A DNA stretch of 64,000 nt from Octopus vulgaris (GCA_951406725.2 OX597819.1:52266001-52330000), one strand, 5' to 3'. Counted from the stretch's first letter, positions 28,016 to 43,602 are shown. Numbers and translations are program-made. The notes: a model not told the origin generated them from the sequence alone.

Positions 28016-28526
28016 GCTGTGTGGTTATAAACTTGGTAGAATTTTTTTTCTTTCTGTCAGATATTGATTTAAACAAATAAAAATTGAACATGACTTTGAA
28101 CTGTATAAAACAATAATTCATTTTTAATATGTCGTATATCCTGACTAATTAATCATTCGTTGTTATTGGCATTTTTTTTAATGTAAATATCACCCGTGAC
28201 TATTTTATCGACGTTTCAACGTCACAAAATGCATTCATCAGGTTGACCAATCATAAAACAATTGTTACTACGTCTCTTGTTTGAATTTTATTTAGTTTCG
28301 TTTTCGTTCTATCCATATATTCTCTCATTCTTCGAACGGATCCCTTCTGCCTAAGATTTTCTTCAAGCCGTGACAAACGAGGTGGCTGAATAATATCTAT
28401 AGTTTCGGCTGGTCACGCTTCGGAAATCAACCAGAAAGTCTAATGGTGGCTGCTTTTGATGGGACCCTATGAAGAAGGTGCCGGAGGATTCTACGCCAAC
28501 GACCCTCCTTGGAACAGTGGAGGGAG

Positions 28527-28625
<99 letters not shown>

Positions 28626-29039
28626 GCAAACAGACAGACGGATGGACTGACGGACGGACGGAAGAGCTGATGGATGGATGGATGGATGGATGGATGGATG
28701 GATGGATGGATGGATGGGTGGGATGGATGGATGGATGGATGGATGGATGGATAGATGGATGGATAGATGGGTGGATAGATGGGTTTTATATTATTAATAC
28801 TAAAACGTACAAAAATAAATACCGACGAAAGATAATGCGGAATACATAATTAGTTATACAAAAAGATATGTCAGAAACTACATGAGTTTTATAATGAATT
28901 TTTTTTTTTCGGTACTACGGGTATGTGATTAGAATATCAGAGAAACGAATTACAAGATGGATTCTTTGAGCCGAGCCAATAGGCAGGAAACCCAAGTGCA
29001 GACTTAGAAAGAAATGGTTGGTTAATATCAAGGATCTTA

Positions 29040-29418
29040 AAGGCGGCGAGCTGGCTGTAACGTTAGCACTCCGGGCGAAATGCTCAGTTCTGAGTTCAAA
29101 TTCCGCCGAGGTCGACTTTGCCTTTCATCCTTTCGGGGTCGATAAATTAAGTACCAGTTACGCACTGGGGTCGATATAATTGACTTAATCCGTCTGTCTG
29201 TCCATGTTTGTCCTCTCTGTGTTTAGCCCCTTGTGGGTAGTAAAGAAATAGGTATTTCGCTTGTCGCTACGTTCTGAGTTCAAATTCCGCCGAGGTCGAC
29301 TTTCCCTTTTATCCTTTCGGAGTCGATAAATTAAATACCAGTTGAGTACTGGGGTCGATGTAATCGACTATGCCCTGTACCCCAAATTCCAGGCCTTGTG
29401 CCTATAATAGAAATGAAT
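29040..29418 (+). mobile_element. SINE family A dimer
   Basis: Head + unit with tail X + restart at GTATTTCG + unit with tail Y. Confidence 0.85.
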
Positions 29419-29609
29419 ATCCAGGGTCTTATTTGGTCATGTTTTTCCAACAGGAAAATCTAATGACTGTTTATTCTGATAGGACACTATGAAGGAGGTG
29501 CCTGAGAATTCTATTCCCATGACCCTACCAAGGAATAATTGGCGGAGAAAAAGGACGGCTGGATGGATATTATGTATCGATATTATGCCAACTGGCAACT
29601 GTAATGAAT

Positions 29610-29804
29610 CACTCTTTCACTCTTTTATTTGTTTCAGTCATTTGACTGCGGCCATGCTGGAGTAGCGCCTTTAGTCGAACAAATCGCCCCCGGAGCCTAG
29701 TACTTATTGTATCGATCGCTTTCACCGAACTACTAAGTTACGGGGACGTAAACAGATCATCATCAGTTGTCAAGCGATGGTGAGGGGGACAAACACGAAG
29801 CCCG

Positions 29805-29838
<34 letters not shown>

Positions 29839-29999
29839 CGGGCTTCTTTCAGTTTCCATCAACCAAATCCACTCACAAGGCTTTGGTCGGCCCGAGGCTA
29901 CAGTTGAAGACATTGCCCAAGATGCCACGCAGTGGGATCGTCGAACCCGGAACCATGTGGTTGGTGAGCGAGCTACTTACCACACAGCCACTTCTGCGT
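29610..29999 (-). mobile_element. SINE family B
   Basis: Reverse-complement match. Confidence 0.85.
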
Positions 30000-30309
30000 C
30001 TATGTTTGGAAATGTCTTTCGATATGTATATTGTCTTCAAGTATTTTCTCAAAGTTCGATGTAACGTGTTTTATTGCGGATATTATTATACTCTGATTAT
30101 ACTGAATGTGCCAAGCACACAAAATAGATCTTGACGCGTCGCAAATTCGCATTGAACTACGTTGATGTGCCAAGTATCTAACGACTGCGCATGCGCAACG
30201 GACAGACTGAAGTTAGCAACGTTTCAGAGTGCTTGAAATTTAGTGTTAACAAAAACCGAAAGAACATTTTGGCGAACACTAGATAGAAAGACAGGCAGGA
30301 GGGCAGAAG

Positions 30310-30670
<361 letters not shown>

Positions 30671-30701
30671 GACGGATATACTTACGTACATAAATAAATA
30701 A

Positions 30702-30752
<51 letters not shown>

Positions 30753-30763
30753 GCATGCATGCG

Positions 30764-31400
30764 TACAGGAGTTGGACAAAATAATGGAAAGACCTTAAAA
30801 TTTCAAACAAATTTATTTTAATGTTGGATACGACCGCCTTTGGCAGTAATTACAGCTTGAATTCTACGCGGTATAGACTCGTACAAAGTTTGAATTGTCT
30901 CCAAACGAATTTTTGTCCATTCTTCAGCTAAAACACTCTCCAGTTCTTGTAGTGATGATGGTGGAGGATATCGACTCCTTACTTGTTTTTCTAAAATGCA
31001 CCGAGGACTGTGGTGGCCAGATAAGATGTTCAATCTCACTTGAATGTACCTTGTGCCATTCAGTAACAACTTTAGCTGTGCGAATTGGTGCATTATCATC
31101 CTGAAAGATTGCAGTTCCGCAACAATAGGATGAATTTGATCATGTAAAATGCTAAAATAATCTTGACTATTAATTCTGCCATGAAGGGAAACCACTGAAC
31201 CGACGGATTTCCTAGCCCCCAGATCATCTCAGATCCTCCTCTATGTTTAACAGTTGGAAAAAGGCAGTCTGGGTCAAATGCTTCTTTTGGCTGTCTTCAC
31301 ACGGCCGGTGGTCGAAAATAAGATAAAGGATGCCTCGTCCGAGAAAATAACATTCTTCCACTGTTCTAGGGACCAATTCTATAGCTTTTTACTCCACTCA
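30764..31400 (-). mobile_element. Tc1-like transposase 3' fragment with TIR
   Basis: TA|CAGGAGTTGGACAAAATAATGG terminus; ELESVLAEEWTKI..LYESIPRRIQAVITAKGG C-terminus. Confidence 0.85.
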
Positions 31401-31801
31401 GTAAATATTTTAATTCATGTTCACATACACATCACTGTAAATATTTCATCTCAATACCTTAGCTTTTAAGTATTCTTGTATATTTATTTACCCCTTCTCC
31501 AAAAATGAGCATTTACCTTCCCTGTCCCGAATAATAACGATCACCAATTACCTGTAGTTAAGTTTTTCTACCCGTTGATTCATTTCATTCACAAACCCCC
31601 ATACACAACATGGACTAAAATCTTCTTGAGAAAATACGAAATTACAACAATTTCAATGTCATGATTAGCGAAAGCGAAACCGGTCGACAAACACAATACT
31701 CTTTCACTTATGAAATACATTAAAAATATACTAAAACTATGTAAACAGTGTGCGTTTCGCTTCTTTTATTTCATATATATATTTTATATATATTATATAT
31801 G

Positions 31802-31876
<75 letters not shown>

Positions 31877-32546
31877 AATGCATGCAAGTATACGTGATAT
31901 CGACGTATAATCATTTTTACGAAGGATAAGGTCTTACAGTCACCATTACAAAATACATAAACCAGTAGACAAATACATTATCTTTAAGATAGCCTGTTAG
32001 CGCTAAGAAATATGCGTCATTATATTCCGGTGCTTGAAAATAGTCTGTATAAGGTTCGTAGAGTGCATCACTGTACGTATTTAGTGATCTAATGCGCATG
32101 CTAGATTTACGCTTACTATATGTGTACAAACGAGCATATGCACACACGCGTATGCATATATGCATGTGCCTATATTTCTATCCATATATGTGCGTGTGTG
32201 AGAGTGTGTGTGTGTGTGTGTCTCAGTGTATATGTATATATCGATACATATGTATGCATATATATATATATATATATATTGATAGATAGATAGCAATACA
32301 TGCATACATATATATACATACATATATGTATATATATACATGTGTGTGTGTGTATGTATATACATACATACATACATGCATACATACATATATTTGTGTG
32401 TACGCGCGTGTACATATATGTATATATATGTGTGTGCATACATACTAATATAGACTGTGTGAGTTTATATGTAACTGTGTCCGTAAGTGTGTGTGTGTGT
32501 GCGTGTGCGTATGTGTATATGTGTGTATGAGTATGCATGTACAGGA

Positions 32547-32605
<59 letters not shown>

Positions 32606-32869
32606 CGTGCGTGTGTGCGCGCCTGTGTAAGTGTATGATTTATATGTATGAAAGAGGAGGGAAAGTCAAATGAAATATTGAATAGAAAGAGGTAGAGAAA
32701 GACACAAGAGAGAGGGGAGGGGAGGAAGAAAGAGAGTGAAAGGAGAAGCAAGGAGAAGGAGAAGGAGATGGTGGTGGTGGTGATGGTGGAAGAGGAGGAG
32801 GAGGAGAAGGGGGAAGAAGAAGAAGAAGAAGAAGAAGAAGAAGAAGAAGAAGAAGAAGAAGAAGAAGAA

Positions 32870-32901
<32 letters not shown>

Positions 32902-33014
32902 AGAAGAGGAAGAAGAGGGAGGAGAGGAGGAGGAGGCAAGCGGCTGCAAAAAGATAATCAACGGGAGTGAAAGACATAAAGAACAAACGAAAAGAAAGAA
33001 AAGAAAGAAAGAAA

Positions 33015-33045
<31 letters not shown>

Positions 33046-33589
33046 GGAAAGAAAACAAGGCAGTGGTAGAAGCGGTGGCGAAAGTATTGATAGGAGAAAG
33101 AGGCTATCATCTATACAAATATATTGAACAGCGAGATGAGTTTGAGAGCAGTGAAAGACACTTGAAAAATGATGAGAAAGCAGCAGAGATGTGCGTCTCG
33201 GTAATCCTCACCAGAGTTCAGTGCCAACAAGCTAGATTAGATTGATGGCTCCCACTAGATCTAACTGAGAGATTCATTAATCGATGAAGAACTTTCTGTC
33301 ATTCCCAAACCAAATCTCGACCATTATCCTAACTGGTTGACGTAAACATTAAAACGGCCTGGAAAGGACAACTCATTTGTTTTAAAAACTAACAACAAGA
33401 ACAACAAAAGTAATAACAACAACAACAACAACAACAACAACAACGGCAACAACAACTACAAGAAATAACAACAACAACAAAAAGAATGATGAGGCTTTCC
33501 TTTCATTTGCCATAGTGACATACAACGATGACGAATAAAAAGATTAGAGGCATAAATACACATGAATAAACTGCACGGAAAAGGAAAAT

Positions 33590-33623
<34 letters not shown>

Positions 33624-34602
33624 CACACACATATATACACATGAATATATACACATCTAAAGACATACATGCATACATGCATGCATATGATATATATATA
33701 CACATACACATACATATAATATATATGTATATATACACATATATACATACATACATACATACATATATATATACATATGATATGTACATACATATTATAT
33801 ATATACATATATATACACACATATATACATATAATATATATATACATATAATATATATATACATATATGTATATACACATATATGCATATATGTATATAC
33901 ACATATATGCATGCATATATATACACATACACACACACACACATATACGCGCACGGGCATGCATAAAACATACATTAGGAGTCATATATATAAATATGAT
34001 GATGACGACGACGACGTTGATGATGATGATCATGAAGATGATGGTGGTGGTCGTGGTGGTGGTCGTGGTGGTGGTCGTGGTGGTGGTCGTGGTGGTGGTG
34101 GTCGTGGTGGTGGTCGTCGTCGTGGTGGTCGTGGTTTGGTGGTGGTCGTCGTGGTAGTTTTTATTGTATACAACGCTCAGGTGAACCACAACTCGTCGGA
34201 AAAGTGTAAAAGGAGGGACGAAAGCAACAATAAATCAAAGAAACTCGGCAGCGGTGGCCCAAAAGTAGATGGCACAGAATTAGAAACCCCAAAAGATAGA
34301 GAAGTGAACAGTAAAAGAGCTGTAGAGAGCAAAGGAGGCATAGACCCACCAGGAGTAGTGTCTGAATATTTGAGGAATCATAGAATTTTTTTAAGGATAC
34401 AGAATTTCGGACAACTGACAACCGATTCAGCTAGCTTATTCCAATTTTCTGCCATTCTCTGTGTAAGAAAAATGCTTACGAAAATCACGTATGCCATACT
34501 GTTTTGTTTGTTGCTGTTGTTTTTTTGTTTACCGTTTGTTTTGTTTTGTTTTGCTTTATGTTTTGTTTTTTGTTTTTCATTTTATAAACATGAGTGGTTA
34601 TG

Positions 34603-35015
34603 TGGCGCAGGAGTGGCTGTGTGGTAAGTAGCTTGCTTACCAACCGCATGGTTCCGGGTTCAGTCCCACAGCATGGCGCCTCGGGCAAGTGCCTTCTACT
34701 ATAGCCTCGGGCCGACCAAAGCCTTGTGAATGGATTTGGTAGACAGAAGCTGAAAGAAGCCCGTTGTATATATATATATATATATATATATATGTTTGTG
34801 TGTCTGTGTTTGTTCCCCACCCACCCAACATCGCTTGATAACCAATGCTGGTGTGTTTACGTCTCCGTAACTTAGCAGTTCGGCAAAAGAGAACGATAGA
34901 ATACGTACTAGGCTTACAAAGAATAAGTCCTGGGGTTGATTTCCTCGACTAAAGGCGGTGCTCCAGCATAGCCGCAGTCAAATGACTGAAACAAATAAAA
35001 GAGTTAAATAGTAGA
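34603..35015 (+). mobile_element. SINE family B, full length
   Basis: Near-consensus sequence. Confidence 0.9.
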
Positions 35016-35025
35016 GTATGTCTGC

Positions 35026-36420
35026 AGTGACGTAGAGATATTGAATTCAAAAAAGGCGGTCAAAGTAGTCGCTGGAAAATGGTGGATAGTCTTGTGGGCT
35101 TCTATGAAGACAGCTGTTAGACGTCGAAGCGTTAGTGTGTTTCGATGCTTTTAGAGTAACAAGACGTTGGGGATATGGTAAGCAACTGACGACTCTGGCT
35201 GTAAATCTCTGAACAGCTTCCAGCAGATCGACATGCTGGACAAGAAAGAGTGTTTAAGACCGGAAAAGCAAACTGCAAGTCTAAACGTACCATAGCCATT
35301 TATAACTTTGAATAGTCAGTGAGCGGCCGACGAAGGTCTTATTGAATGATACTAAGATATCTTCGTCCTTTTTAACGAGTTTAGAAATGATTCATCCACC
35401 ACAGATCGTAGCTGACAATAAATGCCTCACGTCAGCAAGATTTAAACTCGGAATGTAAATAGTTAGAAAAAAATAAAATAATGCAAAGTATTTTTTCTTT
35501 ATTTTCGGACACTAAACGATTCTACAAAACCATTACTCTTTAGTATTAGCTTAATCGATTAACCCGAACCGGGTCTTGGTCGGTAATTGATTTTCCCGTC
35601 CCCTGCGGCATGAAAAAACAAAGTTGGGCTCAGAAGGATTTGAACTCAGAAACTCAAAGATCTTGAAAAGGAATTTTATCGACGCACTAATGATTCTGCC
35701 AACCAGATTCATTTTTTATTTGCCACAAGGGCGACGGATGAGAGAACAATACATTAACAAATTGTCTACACACAGCTTGAGTTGCCTGTCAATAATCTGA
35801 TGTTGCATTTTGTCCAGGTCAGATTACAGGAAAAATCTATAGAGTATAAGAGCTGTTTTGTTTATTTCACGGTACAGCTTAATGTCGTCTGCTTGTTTTA
35901 ACTCAGTAACTTGTTTCAAGTTGCCATCTGCTTAATTTGTAGAAGACATATTCATTCATGACCCGCCATTTGTGATTCAAGTGGCGTCTTCAAGACATTC
36001 GATGGATTGACTGTTGTAACTTAGAATTGGGGCTAAATCCAAATTGCGAAGGATGAAAAAAGTTATGAGAGTTCCAGAAGTTCCAGAGTATCTCTCTGAC
36101 ATGGATCTCCATCTATTTGGTGATACAGCAAGTGAGCCTGGCTGAATGTGTTGTGTGTAGTCATCCTTTTTGAACAGGGGAGAATGATGGTAATTGTTCA
36201 CAATATTGGGTTTACTCAGTTATTACGGTAGAATTGGAAGAGGAGCATAAGTTGTTGCAGTAGAAAGAGGTCGCAGCATTTGAGAATTAGATAAATAACT
36301 CAAGAAAAGAAAAAGGGAGGTAATTTTGAGCCTACGCTTAAAGTGGCGTCGTAGTAGTGCAGGGGTAAATTCAACAGATATTATAGACATTTGTTGTCAG
36401 CAGCGATGAAGAAAACACAT
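35026..36420 (-). mobile_element. Decayed CR1-clade LINE split by a 340-bp insertion (35425-35763)
   Basis: PLFKK, ADDIKLYREI..SDLD..QLKL, VDLLEAVQR..LPYPQRLVTL..TLTLRRL fragments with many disruptions. Confidence 0.65.
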
Positions 36421-37641
36421 TTGGATTTTTCAGTATAATATTCGGCAATAAGTTCTGCGAATTCTTTAGAAGCATCAGTAATCAATCTAAAATTCCACCC
36501 GGCTTTTTTTTTTAAAAAAAGAAAAAGAAGCTAAATAAAATAAAGTGGAAGACTTTCACCACGCCTGGATGACCTTTGATCGTGACTGATCCGAGACTAA
36601 ACCACTAAAAGAACAATAATAATAATAACAACAACGTCCTTATTATCAATTAAACGAGGAAGACTCACCTCTTTGCACAGTCATTGCATGTGTTGGAAAT
36701 AGCAGCCAAATCGCCTTAATTTTTAAATAAAAGAACACGCCGGAAGAACATTTTGTCTGATTCTCAACTCTTAATTTCTGCCAATCCACCACGTTAATAA
36801 CAACAATAGCAAAAATAATTATTTCTAATTATGTTATCAGGTCAACAATTTTAGGGAGAAGTTAGTTGATTACATTGACTACGATGCTTGACTGGTACTT
36901 TATTTCATCGACCTCACGTCAGCAAGATTTAAACTCGGAATGTAAATAGTTAGAAAAAAAATAAAATAATGCAAAGCATTTTTCTTTATTTTCGGTCACT
37001 AAACGATTCTACAAAACTATTACTCTTTAATATTAGCTTAATCGATTAACCCGATACCGGGTCTTGATCGATATTTGATTTTCTCGTCCCCTGCGGTATG
37101 AAAAAATAAAGTTGTGCTCAGAAGGATTTGAACTCAGAAACTCAAAGATCTTGAAAAGGTACTTTATTTCATTCTGCCAACCAGAATCATTTTTTTATTT
37201 GCCACAAGGGCGACGGATGAGAGAACAATACATTAACAAATTATACAAGACAATAAAAAGAAAATCTGCCAGAGTCCTGTCTGTTCTTGTCTGGAAAAGC
37301 AAATCAGTTGAAATATTTCAATTCATTATATTTAAAGGATTTTTTCTCTTCCTTAACTTTTATTTTTTATTCTTATTCTTTATTTTATTTTATGGAAAAA
37401 TTCTAAAATTGGTAAATTATTCTCATGTTGAAGATGATAAAAACATCCTGTCTGTGGAACTTTAAACGCCTACAAAACAGTCCTCGGTGACACGACGTCG
37501 TCGGATATCTGTTGGTAGATCAGAACTGGTGATACTAGTCTTTCTTATAACAAGTTTAATACTGTGACATTCATACATAGCCAGACTATGTAATTAATGG
37601 ACAAATAAATTGTCTCTGTGTGCCAGAAGACATACGTTTAT

Positions 37642-37806
37642 AGGCGCAGGAGTGGCTGTGTGGTAAGTAGCTTGCTTACGAAGCACATGGTTCCGGGTTC
37701 ATTCCCACTGCGTGGCACCTTGTGCAAGTGTCTTCTACTATAGCCTCGGGCCGACCAAAGCCTTGTGAGTGGATTTGGTAGACGGAAACTGAAAGGAAGC
37801 CAGTCG

Positions 37807-37840
<34 letters not shown>

Positions 37841-38075
37841 TGTATGTATGTATGTATGTGTGTGTGTGTATATGCGTGTCTATGTTTGTCTCCCTCACAC
37901 CGCTTGACAACCGATGCTGGTGTATTTTCGTCCCCGTAACTTAGCGGTTCGACAAAAGAGACCGATAGAATAAGTAGTACTAGGCTTACAAAGAATAAGT
38001 CCTGGGGTCGATTTGCTCGATTAAAGGCGTTGCTCCAGCATGACTGCAGCCAAATGACTGAAACAAGTAAAAGAG
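37642..38075 (+). mobile_element. SINE family B, full length
   Basis: Near-consensus sequence. Confidence 0.9.
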
Positions 38076-38424
38076 TGTGTGTGCGCGCGCGCTTTGCTGT
38101 TTCCCATCGTTATTTGCGGTGACATCAGTTGCGGATATTACATACATCTATGTTCATACAGAATTACTTTCTCACCTTCATATGTCACTAAATTATTCCT
38201 CGTAGATGGAGGTTTGTTACCGAAATGACCAAAAAATATCACTGCGAGTTTCTTTGAACTGGTGAACGAAGTCAATTATCGTCGTTGCTTTCGTCGTAAT
38301 CATCATTACAACTACTACCACCACCACCATCACCGACATCATCACCATCTCCATCACCATTATAACCATCATTATCATCATTGCCACCACCACCACCACC
38401 ACCACCACCACCACCACCACCACC

Positions 38425-38521
<97 letters not shown>

Positions 38522-38834
38522 CTTAAACGAATACTTTCTACAGTCAGCCCACGACACTTGTTCTTATTCATCAAGCATCGTCCATTCCAATACAATTATT
38601 TCATATATTTTTAATCCTCAGACGTTTCTCTCAACTCGCACGCACCGTTGCCTCTTATGCAAAGTAAACGCTTCACTCATTTGCTTGTCTTAGGCGCTTA
38701 TGTAGTCGCCAACGGACAAAGACATCCTCTCGGTCGGAGCTGGAGAAAGAAAGAGCTGCATCTGCACACGTCGTGATGAAGATGAAGAGAAATATTTTGG
38801 TTGTAAGTCCAGCGACATATCCTTTTATTTATAC

Positions 38835-39233
38835 TTTGTTTTATTTGTTTCAGTCATTTGATTGCGGCCATGTTGAAGCACCGCCTTTAGCCGAACAAAT
38901 CGACCCCAGGACTTATTCTTTTGTAAGCCTAGTACTTATTCTATCGTTCTGTTTTTGCCGAACCCCTAAGTTACGGGAGCGTAAACACACCAACATCGGT
39001 TGTCAAGCGATTGTGGGGAGACAAACACAGACACACAAATACGTACATACATATACATACATACATACATATATATCAGACGGGCTTCTTTCAGTTTCCA
39101 TCAACCGAATCCACTCACAAAACTTTGTTCGGCCCGAAGCTATAGCAGAAGCCCAAGGAGCCACGTAGTGAGACTGAATCCGGAACCATGGGGTTGGGAA
39201 GCAAGTTTCTTACTACACAGCGACTTTTGCGCC
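38835..39233 (-). mobile_element. SINE family B
   Basis: Reverse-complement match. Confidence 0.85.
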
Positions 39234-39418
39234 TATATATATATATATAGATGCAACTATATATACATATGTATAATAAACACACACACACACACACACA
39301 CAAACAGATAAGAAGACAAACAAGTTATCTCTCACACATATACATATGGAGACGTACACGCATGTTTGCTGCGAAATGTCTCTTCACTGCTTTTTACATA
39401 TGGGTATATAGATCTTGT

Positions 39419-39456
<38 letters not shown>

Positions 39457-39486
39457 CTTCCTTTAACGTCCATTTTCCATGCTTGC

Positions 39487-39548
<62 letters not shown>

Positions 39549-39791
39549 ATCTGTTAAAATAAGAAGTCAGTGATATTTTCATTTTTGCGTAATTTAGACA
39601 ACAGTTCATTCACCGCACCCTGTTTATATCATCTTCCTTTAATGTCCATTTTCCATACTGGTATATATATATATATATATACTCGACATATTTTTCTTCA
39701 TCTCTATTTTTATCTTCCTCAGATCTTCCGTTTACGGTGTGTTTGTAAGATAAGTATAAAATTACAAATCACCGTTTAGGAGGCGGAAATT

Positions 39792-40287
39792 TATTGGGTT
39801 GTCCGGAAAGTTCGTGCCGATTTTTAAAGGAAAGAAAAAGGTCAATAAATACTTGCCATTACATTTTTAATCAACCAAATATGAACCATTCTGTTGCACA
39901 CTGCGTCTCCATCTTTCCTTTAACTTGAAAATACCCTCTTCCCAGAATTGTGGTGGTTTCATGGCAAAGAATTCATCAAGGTATCTTTTTACGCCAGCTA
40001 AGGAATTGAAATTTTTACCATTAAGACTATTCTGCAGAGACATGAATAAGTGGAAATCCGAAGGAGCAATATCTAGTGAATATAGAGGGTGTGGTAACAC
40101 ATCCCAGCCGAGCTGCAGTAATTTTTGTCTGGTTCCCAAAGCAACAAGTGCCGAAAATGAACTTTCTTATCTTCCATTCTAAATGGAGGTGTAGTCAAAT
40201 CCTATTTTATGGACTCATCTATGTTCTAAAATAAGTCGAAAGGTAAGCTACTATAAATCGGCACGAACTTTCCGGACAACCTCAATA
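39792..40287 (-). mobile_element. Internally deleted mariner (DD34D) with both TIRs
   Basis: TA|TTGGGTTGTCCGGAAAGTTCGTGCCGATTT ... AAATCGGCACGAACTTTCCGGACAACCTCAA|TA; peptide LGWDVLPHPLYSLDIAPSDFHLF (YSPDLAPSD motif). Confidence 0.9.
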
Positions 40288-40555
40288 TATAATGACCGTC
40301 TATCGTCAACCTTTTTGATAGCTAAATTACGTAAAGCCGGGCAGTATTTACAACAAAAAGCTTGACAGTGACTTCAAAGCTTCAAAGCCTTATGAACCTG
40401 ACAACCGAAAAATTTTGAAGTCCCTTTCAAACTTTTCCTTGTAAAATTCAATGTGATACTCTACTTAAATATACTGAGTTTCAACTAATGTTTCTCCGTT
40501 ATTATATGTAAGGAATGCTTAGTTCAATTTACATGCTACTATTTATGACTTCTTT

Positions 40556-40760
40556 AAGGCAGTGAGCTAGCACACCGGTCAAAATGCTTGGCGGCATTTC
40601 GTCCGTCTTTACGTTCCAAATTCAAATGCCGCCGAAGTCGACTTAGCGTTCCTTTCTTCCGGTGTCTATAATATAAGTACCAGTTGAGCACTGGGGGCGA
40701 TCTAATCAACCTACCCCTCCTTCCAAATTGCTGGCCCCGTGCTTATAATAGAAAAGATTA
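40556..40760 (+). mobile_element. SINE family A
   Basis: Degenerate family A copy. Confidence 0.75.
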
Positions 40761-40857
40761 TTTGTTGCTTCTCTAATTCGATTTTAATCATTAACAACGT
40801 AGTGTGTGTGTGTGTGTGTGTATGTGTGTATGTGTGTGTGCACGCGCGCATATAATG

Positions 40858-41192
40858 TCGACGAGCTGGCAAAATCGTTAGCACGCCGGGCGAAAGGCTT
40901 AGCGGTATTTGGTCTGCCGCTACGTTCTGAGTTCAAATTCCGCCGATTCCCAGACCGGGCGTTGTGTGTGTTTATTGAGCGAAAACACCTAAAAGCTCCA
41001 CGAGGCTCCGGCATGAGGTGGTGACGACCCCTGTTGTACTCTTTCACCACAACTTTCTCTCACTCTTTCTTCCTGTTTCTTGAGTAACGCTGCGATGGAC
41101 TGGCGTCCCGTCCAGCTGGGGGGAACATACACTATAGAAACCGGGTCCATGAGCCTGGCTAGGCTTGAAATGGGCGCATAAATAAAATAAAA
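40858..41192 (+). mobile_element. Chimeric SINE: family A head joined to family D body
   Basis: Junction GAGTTCAAATTCCGC|CGATTCCCAGACCGGG at the B box. Confidence 0.75.
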
Positions 41193-42074
41193 GGTGCTGA
41201 TAACTTCGTCAATGAGTAGATAGCGGAAATTGGAGTGCCGAAAGCTTAACTGATGTTGATGGTGGTTAGACAGGTACGTGAGGTGTTTTTCTTTGTTTGT
41301 TTGTCACACCTCCCCGCCACCGTTTAGCTCTTTCTCTGTCCGGTTTATCACGTTATAGACAGGATATATTTCCCTGTGTGAGGACGCGCCTTGGTGGTTA
41401 GGGGCATTTGGTTCAGGATCGTAAGTTCGATTCCCGGCACCGTGTTGTGCCCTTCAGCAAGATAATCTATTTCGCATTGCTCCAGTACACCCAACTGGCA
41501 GAAATGAGTAGTACCTACATTCACTACGTTACGGGTACCCTTGGCCGTTGTCCGTGCAACGTCGATATTCCTCCCTGTGTCTGTGAAAACTTGTATCCCT
41601 GCCGTAAGGCTTCATTTCCACACACGCCAGCTTAATTTAATTCGTCAAAAGACACCTGTTGTGTCCTGTTATTATTTTTATTGTATTTGTGCAACATTAT
41701 CCATTTTTTTCCGTCCTTGTTTTTGTATACATTCGCTGCTTTCTTCCAGGGAATCTAATGCTCTTAGCTTAGTTTTTCCTTGGGGCTGGCCAGATTGGAG
41801 CAATCTCGAGAATAATCAGCCGAAATTGCGAAGATAATCTGGTACTCGACTGTGGAAAGAAAACTTCGAATGACCAGTCCTTGTTTTCTTTGTATCGTCT
41901 ATCAGGATGTTTTGTTGTCCCATTTTGTATTATATATATATATATATGTATATGACCTGCTCGCTTAGCCAGCGGGCTGGCGTAATTCAAAGGCTAAAAC
42001 AATGAGAAGGCATTGTGACCAGCGATGTGTAACAACATCTGATGGTCTTGTCGGTCACATGATGATGATGATGA

Positions 42075-43602
<1,528 letters not shown>

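Noticed and set aside
31917-32100. YFVMVT followed by a GTAAGA donor, resembling a K+ channel pore helix
   Set aside because: No downstream TVGYGD exon or transmembrane exons found in the window; likely chance.
35027-35177. Plus-strand cag|...|gtaagc apparent exon
   Set aside because: Stops in all three frames; the sequence is the antisense of a CR1 remnant.
41845-41882. Hammerhead-like CTGTGGA..GAATGACCAGTC in an unassigned repeat (41525-41935)
   Set aside because: Too many core mismatches to count without a family consensus.
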